Assembly: GCA_018398765.1 (NCBI GenBank) | Contig: JAHBMJ010000108.1 | Location: forward strand, 1 to 56,213 | DNA length: 56,213 nucleotides | From: Chromera velia | Taxonomy: Eukaryota | Direction of reading: 5' to 3' | In this document: positions 26,805-40,900 of the stretch, piece after piece | Position numbering within the stretch: the stretch's first letter is position 1 | How the letters are laid out: each line of letters starts with the position of its first letter | Position numbers and translations under genes: made by a program | Notes under the pieces: model-generated | Told to the model about the DNA's origin: nothing | Database searches by the model: none | What the model saw: only the letters and a program-made list of their open reading frames with translations

Positions 26805-29800
26805 ATGCCCAGCAGAGCGTATGCCAACAGCAGCGAGGAACATCACCCCGGTCGCGAGTACCTTCTTTACTTTCTCTTTTCGGTCGTGTTCGTTTGGATT
26901 TTCCTCCTAGACCTGGGCACAGAGGGGCAGTACCGTCAGCTGGCCTCCGTGAGTGCGGCATTCCAAGACTGCAACGTGCATGCGGGAGAGCCCGACGATG
27001 TGGTCTCGTGGGGAGACGTGCAGTCCTCAACTGAGGTGGGTCGGCCCGGGTCGCTCTGTTTCCACATGCATGCATGCATGCACATTGCATGAGCACATGT
27101 GTTCAACATGTTCAAGAAATGCATGCAACAATGTTACAGCATTAAGGGAAGCGCAGGAGCCAACGAAAGTAGGCCGCTGAGAGGCACCGCAGACGAAGGT
27201 GATAATGTGTGGCAATTGGGGGTAGAGAGAAGCCATGAGCCTGGGCCAGACCGAGACCGGTCTGTCGAATAATGCTTTCACATATTTTCGATAGGTCTCT
27301 CCGGTTTTCGCCAGATGAAAAGAAATGCTGTAAGCTTAGTGGCTCTTTCTGAGTGCATTTGCGAGCCTCCCTGCCTGCCTACCTGCCTGGGTTTGTGCAG
27401 GTATTTTCCTGGGTGGCCTACTGCGTGCTTCCAACGATCAGGTCCGGCGTTGCTGCTTCCTACAATGGAATCGTGGGGGGCAGGCTGAGCGTGGACAAGT
27501 TTGCATACGGTCTGAATGAGCAGAGCGACTCGAAAAGCTTCATTGCAGTCGTGCAGAACCAGGCAGGAGGGACCGACCAGTTCGCCACACCAACAGAGAC
27601 GACGGCGACAGAGCAGACGGGAACCACAGCCTCGTTCTCCTTCTCTGCTCTCGGGAGAAGTGAGGAAGCTGGAGAGGTGGATGACAAGGAAGACACAGGC
27701 CAAAAGAGTTTCCCATCCTCCTCTTCTTCGTCCTTTTCTGTGTTTGGAAGCGACAAAGAGACAAAGAGAGGGCTACAGGACTCTGGAACAACAACAGAGA
27801 CGGCAGCTGCATCGGTGACAGTCGTCTACTTTCGCCCTCAGGTCGGTTGAACAGTCTGTCCGTCAGGAGGCATTCAGTCAGCCCCACAGCTGGTTTGTGA
27901 CCATCTTCTAAGCACCTGCTTCCCCTATTTTGCATCATCTCTTTCCTCCCTGGGTTCCTTTTTGCGCATTTTCCTTGTGGATTCTTGATGCGTCAGTGTC
28001 AAATGGGACGGAAAAGAAAAACGTAAAAGTGTAAGCGCGCGCGCGCGCGCGCGTGTGTGTGTGTGTGCATTTTTTCCGCGTGGGAAGTTTCGACTGATGC
28101 CTTCTCTGCCCCTCTTTTTCGTCTTCTCTCTCAGGATTTCTCGGGCAATGTGGTGGGACTGCAGACGGCAGTTTCTGACGGCTGGTCAGTGCGTGTCTTA
28201 GGGGTTGAGTCGGTGTATGAGTGGGCACTGGCAGGAGAGGAAACAATCGCAAGAACAAAAAGAGAATATGGTTCAATGGCCATGAGGGATTTCATCGTCG
28301 TGTTGGCAGGGAGGTTTTCGTTTTGTATTTGTGCTGTTGTTCTGTTGCTCGGAGGTATGGGCTTGTGCGTTTCTCTGTCTTTTTTTATTTGGGTGTGCTT
28401 TTAAGGCTTACCTCAGAGGGGTTTGTGATAAGCACTTGTATTTGACTTTCATCTGTATTTGCCATCTGTTTTTTGAGACTTCTTGCAGGTTTGCTCTTCC
28501 AGGCAGCAACCTGAGATTTGAAGTTCTGCTGTACAACGGGAACCTCGATAAGTTCGCACTCATGGTGTATACTTTCACCGGGAGTGGTGCGGGGTCGGTA
28601 GGGGGACCTGGGGAAAAGGGCGGGAGCCGAGAGAAGGAAAGACGTGAGAGGAACAAGACAAATGAGTCAAAGCCTTCTTTCAGCCTTGACCCGCAAAATT
28701 TTCCGTCTCTTTTTCCATCCAACTTCTGCGATTATATGTGCATTTTTCGACAATGGCACCGTTGGGATCGTTCATGAGTTGTGTTTTCGATGTGAGTAGC
28801 TTCCGAAGTGGTCCCAGTGCAAATTTACAGGTTTGTTGTTTTACCCGAAGGTTCATTTTTGTGCAAAGCGAATGGAATGGCTTCGGTGCTGCAATGCCGA
28901 TTTCTGCATTTATTTTGATTCTTTGAATTGTCTTTCTTTCGATCGTGTTGCAAGCAGATTTGTAGAGAAAGGAAGGGACCGATGGAGCATTTCGGCAGTG
29001 CAGTGGAACGATGGAGGAACAGTCTTCCTCCGGAGTATCTATCTGATGTTTGTGATCTGGTCAGTTAGTCAGTCAGTGGAGTCGATCTTCGCGATATTGA
29101 TTTTGTCAACGAGAACTCAATGCATCAGGTGATTTTTTGAGATTCTCCGATGGGGGGGAGCACAGACAATGGTCATTTTCTGCAGAGACGTTTCCATATC
29201 GCTTGTTCCGTTTCAGTAAAAGATCTGACTGAAGGCTTTTTGTACATACGCAGAACCGGCACAAAACAAATCTCTCGATCGATCACTGCAGGTATGCGTT
29301 TGTGGAGGTCCAGGCAATACTCCAGCTGCGTCGGTGGCTTCACGGAGATTTGGGGGAGGCTTTCTCGACCTACTTTCAGGAGAGGCTTCTGCCTTTTCTG
29401 ATTGTGGTCATGCACTTTGTGTATGCGGGTCTTTTGGGTCAGTCAATGTTGGTTTTTCCCTTTTGTTTGTACGTGGAATCCCCTTTCGCTTTATCTGATA
29501 TTCGTTCTCGTTGGCTGGTCGACAAAATGACTTTCTTCCTACCCAAGTGCTGAAGGAAGAAACAAGATAGAGAAGAAGTGAAAGAGAGCAAAGGCGAAAC
29601 CTCATCAGGACTTCTCTTTCAGTCTGCGTCCTCTATCTGTGTCCCTTCAATGTCTTTCGGGTTCCCTCAGCTTTCTTTTGATGGCGCTCTCTCTCTGCTC
29701 TTTCAGGACCTCAAAGTTTCTTCTTCACCGCGCATTTGTGGACCTGGTATCTTGCCGCCCGTTGGCTTTTGCCCAGACTTACTCACCACGTCTTGTATTT

Positions 29801-30110
29801 CTTTCATCTCTCCTGCAGGGGCAATTTCATCTTCTCTCTCTGCGACGAAGATCCCTGCCGTCTCTGTGCTGTCAACAGCGACAGACGACACACTGGCCGG
29901 ATATTTCACAAACGTCAAAAACGCTACCATGGCGTTTGACGTCTTTGAAGTGAGTGAGTCTCCATCGGCATCCATCAGCCTGACTCTCTGTCTACCGATC
30001 TGCCTGTCTGTGGGCCTGTAGCCACCCTGTGCTCCCATTCTCTTCCGCTCGTTCAATAAAGAAACCCGCACGACATGCATGTAGAAGGTCTCTCTCTCTC
30101 TCCCTCCCTC

Positions 30111-30156
<46 letters not shown>

Positions 30157-32128
30157 CGTGTGCGTGCGTGTCCATGCCTTCGTCTCTCGACCAGCTGTCT
30201 TCTTGGAGTCGCTTCCTTTCCTTTTCGTTCGGCTTTACAGGTGTGTATGTTGCTTGCTGCATACACAGCATGCAGCCGAAGAGGGGCTAGCGTTCGAACT
30301 TCGTCGTTCTCATCTGGGTTGACTTCATGGCACTATCAGGGTTCGTTCTTGACTCAGCTGATTCTCATTATCTTGCATGCCTTTTTCACTCTCCCTCTCC
30401 CCCCTTTTCCTTCCCTGAGTGCAGATTTGGGGCTCCGTTCTGGTGGTCTTCATGGCCATCCGGGTGTTGAGCTTCCTGAAGGACTTCCACGCCTCCTTCG
30501 GGCTTGTCGTGAGAACTTTGAACTCTGCTTTTCCTTTGGTGGAAGGGGTCACTTTCACCGGTTTGTCCGAAGAGGGAGGGAAGAAGGATGAGTCACGAAG
30601 TGTTATACAGCTTTTGACTGACTGGGAGTTTGAGTGGCCGTAGCCGTATCTGTTGCTGTGTATGTGCACACACATGTGTATGCCTGCAAGTGTTGAATCT
30701 GTCTGTGTGCAGCTGCCATCATTGTGTCTGGCATTGCGACTGGAATGTTTTTCTTGTTGGGGTCCTCTGAGGCTTCTTTTGGCGAGTGGCCAGATGCCTG
30801 GGGGGAGACTTACAGGTCTGTTGCGAGAGACTTCCTTCCTTTTTGTTTTCTGTTCTCAACGAAATTATTTCTTGCCTTAAGAGAGGGAGAGCAGGTGTGA
30901 CCAAGAGGGCCCGGAACAAGGTAGCAGTCGTGGAAGGAACCTTCGTGGAAACACCCATTGAGTGTGTGAGTGTGTGAGTATGTGTGGTTGTCTTTTTTGT
31001 ATTTCTGCTCTTGCAATTATGTTGGGCGCATCTTCCGCAGTCTGACTTCACCTCATTCCTCTCCTTCTCGCTCTTTGCCTCCTTCTCCCTCCACGCAGGT
31101 TCCTCTTCGACCCGCCGGGCTTTGACGATCTCGCAGCCTCGGACTTCCCCTTCACAAGCACGGTGGGTGCGTAAGGGGACGATGGAAAAGTGGATTTGTT
31201 TGAACGGAGTGTTGGCTTCTATTTCAGAATGGTTCAGTGGCCTTTTTTTCACATCCCTCGCTGCCTTTCTTCCGCCTCCGTTTCCTCCTTTTTTTCTTTT
31301 CCGTTCCCCACCTTCCCTCCCCGTCTTTTTACTTGCTTGTGTGTCTGTCGGTCTTGTTTCCTTCCCCACGCTATCATGCTACACTTACGATGTGGTCCTG
31401 CAAGAATCTGCATGGAAGAGCTCTGGGAGGTCTTTTTTTTGTTGTTTTTGTCTGCACTGACGGACCCGGAAGGGGTTGTTTTTCGTCTGTCTTTGCACTC
31501 TCTTGATGCATAAATAAATAATGAAGATCATGCATGGATGCAGTTTGTGATGGGCATTGCGGCCCTCTGCTACTTCTTCGGCGTGGTTCCCGTCTTTGTG
31601 GCAGTGGTCGTTGCTGCCTATGAGGAGGAGAGGGAAGATCTCCAGGATGAAGAGACAGGCAAGCAGAACCTCAAAACAATGTACTTGCACTCATGCAGGT
31701 TCATGCACTCATGTCGAAAAGAAAGAGTTCGGACAACAATTGCCTGCACACTCTTAATTGTATTGCCTTCCAGAGTTTGTTACACTTTTCCACCTTAGTG
31801 CATGGCTGGAGCTCTTCTGCCTCTTGCACGAAAAAATAAAAGTGTTCAAATAGCAGATCGAAAATTATCGCACAGGCCCACATCACATAAGATTCCTTCT
31901 TGCATCGGGTGACTGAGTGCAGAAGAGGCCATCATGAAGGGCATCGCCGAGTTGCGAGACGTCGCCGTTTGTGGATGCTCTCAGGTGAGTGAGGAGATGA
32001 TATCATACAAGCCTCCCCATAATGTCCGTGAGATGAGATGAGATCCTTCACACTTCTTGGTCCCCTAAAGGCTGTGGTTTGTCAGACCAGTGGAAGGTTT
32101 CCTTTCTCGTCAGAGTTTTCCTCTTTTG

Positions 32129-32210
<82 letters not shown>

Positions 32211-35200
32211 CTCCCTCTGTCTATCTTCCATCCATCCATTTGTCGATCCCTATCTCCTCCTTTGCTGCTGTACTGTCTGGCTTTTCTCCCTTGCCAATTT
32301 ACATTTATCCAGAAACGCAGTTGTCTCTTCCTCTTTAGTTGAGTACTCACCTGAAATCGTGACGAATGCAGATTTCTGTGAACGTGTGTGCTTCTTTGGA
32401 TATATCTGTTCTCACTTTGAGCTTTTCTTTGTTCACACTTGCTTATTTCCCTCTCCCTGCCTGCCTACAGGAGGTGGACGAAAAGGGTGATCCGAACGAG
32501 GCCCTCATCGCAAAAGAGAAAAAAGAAGAAAAGACCACAGTGCAGGGAATGAAGAGAGACCGACTTCGAAGACAAATTCGTATTCCATTTGCCGTCTTCT
32601 TCTTCTGCGTGACCGTCTTCTTCTACGTATCCAGTAAGTCTTTTTTTTTTTCTTCTTCTACGTATCCAGTCAGTCTTTTTTTTTCTTCTTCTTCTTCTTC
32701 TACGTATCCAGTAAGTCAATGAGTTAGTCAGCAAGTCAGTTAGACAATCAGGTAGTCAGTCACTTACTCTTCTTCTTTGCGGGTTTCTTCGCCAGTATCT
32801 CTTACCTCAGTTACTTTCATCTGCACTGTTTCTGTGTGTTCCCCTCCCCTCTGTGCATTGCACCTTTTGGAGCTCATGCGGAAAGTCGTACAGCTTTCCT
32901 TTACCTCTCTTCTCCACTCGTACTTTTGTTTTTGCTTCTTTATCCCATCGCAAATGGCCACGGCAATTTACCTCCCTGTCTGTATGCAGGCATCCTCCAA
33001 ATCAACGTAGAAGACCAACTGACGGCCTTCAACCACTCCAAGAGACTCGCGGCACAGTCCTTCTCGAGTGCTTCTCCTGTCCAGATCACAAACTCATCCT
33101 CAGGACTCAAGTCAGTCAGTACGCCAGTCTGCCTGTCAACCAGGCAGGCAGGTAGGCAGGCGGGCAAAAAGCGAAAAAAATCAGACCGTTTGACAGAGAG
33201 TCCTCACAGAAATCTGCAGTCACTTGAACGAGAGGCAGTCAGTCTCCTCGTCAGCTATTGACGGACTCGTGTTGCAAAATTTGACTTTTTGGTACCAGTC
33301 TGGAATGAAGTGTGTGTTTACTCCTTGGCCGCTTTTCTGGCGATGTGGAAGGGATCTGATGAGGGTCGCAATGGTCGTGCAGATAGAATTTATGTGCTCT
33401 CTCTTGATTTTCTGAAAGTTGGCAAGTTCTTGATTGGAAAATTGTTGTGCTGCATACTTGTTGCAGGACGTTGAATGAATTTACGGCAACAGATACCTCA
33501 ACGCAGAGCGGCACTGTCTCCACGGCGTCCGCTTCTTCTATCTCTTCTTCCCCATCCTCTTCATTTTTCACTGCCCGTTTGGAATCTCTGTCCCCCTCTC
33601 CTCCTGAGGCCGCGGCTCCTTCCTCTCATTCAAACAGGCACCGCCGCGTTCTGTCTCCAAAGGAAACGCCGGGGCAAAAAGGAAGTGAAGCCCGGCCGGG
33701 GGACTCGAAGATGATCGAGAGGGCAGAAAGGAGAATAAAAGAAGCTCGGAAGAGGAAAGAAAGAAAACGCTGTGCAAGTCGAGGCCGCGGCAGAAGCACA
33801 AAATGCTTTGATGAAACAAAGAAGGGTAGAAGGCGGCAGCGATCGAAAGCCGGCGGGGCATCCGATTTCTCTGCCACCCCTGACATGAACAGGGACTCCA
33901 GAAGGCTCCAGGGTGAGTGCGATCCGCCGTCTCATTCGTTTTTGTTTTTGACTCTATCTTTCCTCCCTTCCTTCCTTTCCCCTTTTCCCTTTTTCCTTCC
34001 TTTTGCTGGTCGAGTTTGAATCGAATGCGGCGATGCCAATGTGTTGTTCTGTACGTGGACCGGGGAGACGCGTTTACAAACGGACACGCATGCGTGCCCG
34101 CTCACAGTGATGCACACATATGCGAACACAGAAGGGTATCTGCCCTTCTCTCTCTTTTCACGTCTGTTGTGCGTCTGTCTGTTTTTTTTCTTTCTTTCTC
34201 TTTGCTCTCTTTCCCGTTCACTTGTCTGTCTGTCGGCCTGCCTGCCGATCTTTCTTGCTTCCCTCCAGAGGTGAATGTTGAGGAAAGCGGCCTCACCACC
34301 TCCAGCGAGTGGGATGGGTATCTGAACGGAGACAGTGGGACTGACGTTGTGGAGAGAGAAATCGAATTCTCGGTCCGTCATGCTTCGATCGTCATGGTAC
34401 TGCGATTCTGTGTCTTTTTTACTCTGAGACAGTCGTACTTGTAGCAGTCACACCCGCTCCAAAGGTACCGAAAGGGAGGTCTTCAAAACTCAGCGTCACG
34501 AACAAAAGTTGCTTTCCACTTCATTTTTATCCTACTTTGCAGAAAAGTGCCCGAACTTGCTGCAGAATCATTGAACGAACCAACGAGGAGAAGAAGAGGC
34601 TGTTTCAAGAGGCTGCCGAGCTTCTTTGAGTTGCCAACTCAATTTAACGCATTCTTATCGCTCGATGTCGCCTGAGTCATTTGTCAGTCAGCTCTGTGTC
34701 TTGAGGACATACACACTCTTTCGTCTATCCCATTTCGTTGATGACCCCCTGTGTCCTTTTTCTGCTTCCAACTTTCCCTCTCTTCTTCAACGAAACAGGA
34801 AGCACAAACTCTCGACGGTCTCTGGGACTGGATCAATCAGACAGTTGTCATGGTCAGTGGGCTTCTGCGGGCAAATCAGTTGGTTGATTGGGGACATGAT
34901 GGAATCAAAAGAGAATTAAAGCCACAGGCACAAAGCAAGAATGACACATGTGAGGTGGAAATCGAGGAGCCTTACAAAAGGGAAGCAAATAACGAGGTCT
35001 TCAAACACCTCCAGAAGATTGATACAATACTTCTATCGTTGCGATTTTTTTTTCAGTGTCGCTTCACTAACCCTATCAAAAAGCGGTCGAGAAGAGGGCT
35101 TGAAGCTGAGAGACAGGTTTCTCTCTGTCATCTGAAATCGATGTGCGGTCAAGTGTCGACGCTCTGAAAAGAATCCAATTGACAAAGACACCCTGCAGAG

Positions 35201-35684
35201 ATGAAAAATCAGAGCGCGAAGCCGCAGTGCCAGTCGTGCACATGAGTTTCTCTCTCTGGCGCAATCTGTCACTTAGGTACTTACATACACCCTGACGTTC
35301 TTTCTAGTGGTTATCCCTGTCTGTCTCTGCAGAAGATGCTGCAAGTCACCGCGGGAACCCATGAGCTCTTCCTTTCCAACCCTCCCGTCCGACTGCGCGT
35401 GTGGAGAGACGGCATCGCCTCAAATGGAAATGGGGTCACATCGGAGTTTCAGCCAAAGTCAGTGCGTGCGTCATTCAATGGCAGTGAAGTGAATTGAGAT
35501 GCAGCTGAGGATCAAAAGAATGAAGGGAACTATTGATGGGTGGAGGGCCACAAAGATTTATTTGTGCCATGTACTTAGGTCTGCAGAGTGAAATTGGTTA
35601 TTTTGGCTGCATGTACATCAATATGTAGGGCAAAGATACACTTTTTCCCTCCAACATCCCTCCACCCACCGACCCAACCACCCC

Positions 35685-35715
<31 letters not shown>

Positions 35716-37881
35716 GTGTCTGTGCAGAGTCCGAAATGACGAAGTGATCGAAGAGGACACAGCTTCGACCTCAGCCTTTGACCTGAGTCCTTTCGGAACT
35801 AACGGGACTGACTTCTCTCCGGATACCTCCACAGGATACACGGATGCCTTCATTGAACTGGGTCAGCAGCCAGCCGAACGTAGAGTTATCATATGCACCG
35901 GTTGACGAATATTTTGAAGCGCGTTTTTGGCTTGATCTTCTTTGTATTTTTCCTCTGGCCTCACCCCTCTTCTCCCCTCTTCTGATCTCCCACCCTTAAT
36001 TCTCCCCTCCCTTCTCATGCAGGGACCCAGACAGCAATGAAGGCCCAGGTCGCCTCCCTGAAGAGTCTCAACCTCCTTGACTACCAGACAGCCTCTGTTC
36101 AGGTTGCCTGGACGGCCTTCGACGGGGATGGACTGTCCGTCACTCAGTGGAGAGAAATATGTCTGAACAGAGAAAGAGAATAAACAGAAGAGAAACAGTA
36201 AAGGACTTTTTATGTCCGATTGACTCCAGAAAACAAAAGGAAACACAGGAGTGATGCAGTGAGAAGAAAACTACCGTCGTCCCAAGCTGGTCTCCCTGTC
36301 CTGCCTGTCGCCCCCTTTTGTCCTTCTACCAGTTGAGTTGCCGTGCACCTGGCACACGCGGGGCTTCTGAACTTCACTCAGCCTCATCATCACTCAGCCT
36401 TTTTCTCTGTCCTGCAGCTCTGTACAAACCACCACCGCAACCTTCCGCGTTGACCCAGCGGGCGGCATCAACAGCCAGATCCAGTCTGCAGCCATGAACT
36501 TGGAAGGTTGGCTTCCTTCACCGCGTTTGGGTTCAGTCTTGTAGCGTCTTTTGACAGCCTTTAATGAATCGATGATGAAATGAATATGCACTGACGGACT
36601 GTTTGTGGACATGGATTTGTGCATAGCTTTGGAGTCTCCTGGCAGTTTGAACAGATGACAGGCAAGCACACTGGTTTTCGAGAGAAAAAATGAAATGCAC
36701 GCATGAATAGACCTGCCCCGCTTCTGGACGAAACCATATCAATGAAAATGTGTGCAGAGCGGCAGTATATCTGATTAATGATCCGGCGTTTACCTGTCAA
36801 GTCTTTGATGAAGTACGTCCCCAACTGATGTCGTAAATAAATTGACAGGCATCTTCCACCTTTGTCTGCAGAAAAAGGCAGCATATCTGAGGTCTCCTAC
36901 AGTCTGGGTGTGACTGCCTTCACCCTGATTGGGCTCTACCTTGTCTGTCTGGTCTCTCTGGGAACCCTCCGGCTGATCCCTTTCGACGGATGGTCGGTCG
37001 CTCTCTTTCGCTCTCTCTTTTTGAAGTCAACTGGCTTTTTGAAGCCTCCTGTGCCAAGGAGTGCTTCACTTCAGACTCTCGAAATTACGCATGCGTTTTA
37101 TCACACACTGACTTCATCGCTTCACTTCGTTGAAGGCCTTTAAGGAGAGACACAGGGATCATAGGGTCCCATTTCATGGCCTTTTGGTGATAGGTCCCCT
37201 GACACATCCCCCTCCTCCCCTCTCTGCAGGATAGCAGTTGATGCAGGCGTCCTTGCTGCAGCAACGGCAGCTGCGTTCACATGGACCCGTCTCGTGCTCA
37301 TCACAGTGGACCCCTCCTGGCTTCAAACAGAGTACCCATCAGGGGATCCCCCCGGGTCACCAACCCGAGACCTTGTGCCTGGGTGGGTAAGGGGAAAAGG
37401 GAATAGACTTTCTCTTTCCTGATTTGTTTTTCGGATCATGCGTCTCTGTTGGGGTGGCTGTTTGACATACCTTAGATATATTTTTTAGTCGGTCTGTATG
37501 CGTCGCTTGATTTTCCACATCTTTCTTTCTACATACCTGTAGGATGCATTCTTGATGCGTGACACAAAGAGACACAAACATGGCGGAGAAACAAAGAAGC
37601 AAGATGACGCGCTCCGAACAACTATAGCTCCTGACTGGATCAATTCCCACACAGTTGCCCCCCCCCCAGTCGCAATCCGGTTACCTCTTTCCACCACTCA
37701 TGTGCGCTCATCGTGTTACAGATTCGCTCATCTTTGTACCTCTCTTCGTTCTGTCTGAGCGTTTGCGTGCAGCCCCGACAGATGGTATGCCTACACGGTC
37801 GGGAAGACAGAGACGCCCCATGCGAATGCTCCAAGCAGTGACAGGGCAGGAAGAATCATGGACGGCTTTGCTCAGGTCAGT

Positions 37882-37922
<41 letters not shown>

Positions 37923-40900
37923 TTGAAAGGCAGGTTGTCAACTAAAAAACCAAACCTTGGACCATTCCAACCTCTTCCCTTCATCATCTCTCCTGCCCCG
38001 ATGATGAATGATGGTGCATGGGGGAAGACAGAGAGAGAGGAGGATGGAGAACACAGGGGCTGAGTGAGAAATTCATGTTTTGCTCGAGAGGGGGTTTGTC
38101 ATCGTCCACATGTCTGCTCACTTTGCGGAAAAGGAGCAAACCAAGAGGACGATGAGACAAGTTTTGTCTCTGGATCTGGCTTCACGCGTTTTTTCTGAGT
38201 CCAACCATCGAACCTGTTTTTCTGCTGTTGTGCATCTTTGCAGATGATCACCTATCGCCGAGACTTTGCACGTGCAGCTGGGGTCAGCCATACATTTGAG
38301 AGTTCTCTTTTTCTCTTATCTCTGGCTCAGAATGGTTTTGTCCTTTTGCGAGACTTCAAGTGTGAGTACGTGAAGGATCATGAAAGGGGTGGTGTTTGTT
38401 GACGGACGCCAAAACCGAAGTACCTTTTATGTAGACATGTGGGGCTGAGACCATCAGAAGATGTTGGTCTACTTTTCTCTCTCATTCTCTTTTTCTCCTC
38501 CCCTTTCTTGTTCTTCTCTGTCAATTTACTGTTGCAGACCACCATGATTTTGTTGGCAGTCCGCCTAGTGAAGTACGCGGACGTGCTGCCCCAGACGGGA
38601 ATGATCGTGCGGGTCCTTCGAAAGGCCAGAGTCAGACTGATGGTCCTCTTTGGAACGGTCAGCGCAAAACAGAAGGGTTGCTTTGATTCCTTTCTTGTGC
38701 CTTGTGTGAAAATGCAGACAGGCAGTCATCTTTGTGTCAACCATGATGAAAAGTTTTCTTCGCCTCCTTTTCTTGGCACTGCCTCTTGGACTGTCGGCAT
38801 TCTATCAAAAGCCCATGCAGATTAATCTAATTTGTGAAAATTTGTGAATGAAGTCTTTCAGTGGAAACGGAAATTTGCCATTCTTCTCTAAGCGACCAGA
38901 ACCTCTCTTGTTGATTTGATCGTTCGCGTGGCGGGAACGAATGAAGACTTTGCTTGGTTGGACCCTTGTGTGTATCCATTCTGTTCTGTAGGTCTGGCTC
39001 TTCTTTGGCGCCTTCATCGTTCTCTCGCACGTCGCTCTGGGGGCAAGGCACGAAGCGTTCAAGACCCTGATCGTTTCTGCAATCTCCTGCCTCCGAATGG
39101 CCACAGGTTGGCGTGCACAGACAGACAGACAGAGAGAGAGAGAGAGAGAGAGCGAGAAAGAGAGAGTGCAGGCTGGTGAAAACGGATACAGTGCGAGATC
39201 TGAAGTCATGCTTTTGACTTTCGCATCTCTAAATGCATGGGACTTCTTTATTCGTATGCACGCATCTGACCGCTCTTTCTCACCACTCCTTCTCTTCCAA
39301 GCGCGTCCATGCATGCCTGCATTTTGCATGTGTGTGTGACTCACGTATTGCCTTCAGGTTTCATACTGGACTTCTCTGAATGGGACCAGCCGGAAGCTGC
39401 TTCGGCATTCACGGTACTCTTCACTGTCCTCGTCTTCTTCGTTGCAAACAATGTGGTGAGTCTACTGGGAAGCAAAGTCCGTCAAAGTGTTCCCTGTCTC
39501 TGCTGTTTCGCAGTCCCACAAAGATATGAATTCCGATACTTTCACTCTATCTTTGCGGACAGCACTTTGACGGGGTGCTCAACCGACAAGAAATTTGCTG
39601 AAGAAAGGTAAGCAGTTGCATTGCATGGGGTCCAATGAATGGGATCACATCACAATAGTGCCTTACTTTTTCCCATGCAGGTCATTGCGGTGTTGGTCGA
39701 GTCGACTGATGAGGTCCAGAGGGAGTACGCAGAGGAGGAGGAAGAGGCGGAGAGGGAGAGGGAAGTGCAGAGGCGAAAACAACAGGAGGAACTGCACGAT
39801 GTCGAAAGCCTACTGTCTGTGGAGATGCCAGTGGGCATCAAAGTGAACGACAGGGTAGGTGGACTCAACAAGTGAATTTGCGCGCTGCCGGGTATTTTGT
39901 TTTCGTTCAAGCGTCCACCATACGTCGTCGATACATCTCTCTTTTTCTGCACACGGTGGGACGTCTGTTTGCTCTCGTGAAAGCAAGGCTGGCATGTGAG
40001 ATGCCTGTTTCTGGCCGACAGAATTTGCCCCCCATCTTCCGGACCTTCATGCAGAGAAATGTGTTAATTCCGTGCGTGATTGAAATAGTACCGTCAATCT
40101 TTTCGTAGGCCGCGAGACGAACGTTTGAGCCTAAATGAATTCACAATTTATGCCTTTCTTGTGAGTGCAGATCTTACTATTCACGCGTGCTGTAATCACG
40201 GCAGTGAAGATGAGGAGTGTCGATCACGAAAGGAACTTTGAGTATGAATTCTCACAGAAGATGAATTCCTTCCTGGAGGGCATGAAGGTGGGGGGGTGCG
40301 CTTAGAGTAGTGCACTGCACTGCTTGAGAGGGTCATCCAGGCCTCTGGATCATGTCTCTGCTCGCGCGGCTCGCGTGCGTGTCTGTGAATGGATGAGATG
40401 GCCAGAGAGAAGCGTTTGCTAGTGCAAGGTGAAGTTCAAAGCATGCAACATACAAACAACCAGAACGAGGAAGCGCATGACAATTTTGATCCCCGCAGTG
40501 AAGCTCTCTTTCCTGTCGTCAACACGCAGTTGGAAAGGATAGGTCACTCTGTGCCTCTTTCGACTATGCCGCTGCCAGAGATCATTGAAAGTAATCGTTT
40601 CCTTCTTTTTTTCCTTCCTTCCCTCTCTGTAGATTGCTGTGGGTCTGAAAGAGCCAGAGAAGGACCCGGAAGAACAAATCGGAAAGAGGAAATGCTGCCA
40701 GGGGTGCTGTGGACCCGAAGAGGAAGAACCGGAAGATTTGGGACCCGTGCTGGTGCCTGCTCGGGTGCGGGCGCTCCTCCAGGTGGGGGCCCTCAATGGA
40801 GCGGTCAACCATCGAATTCTTCAGTCAAAGTTGATTGACAGTCGTCCACTGTTGCCTCTGGCAGCGCACCCATTGTTGTGCTCCTCATCTTGTCTGCACA

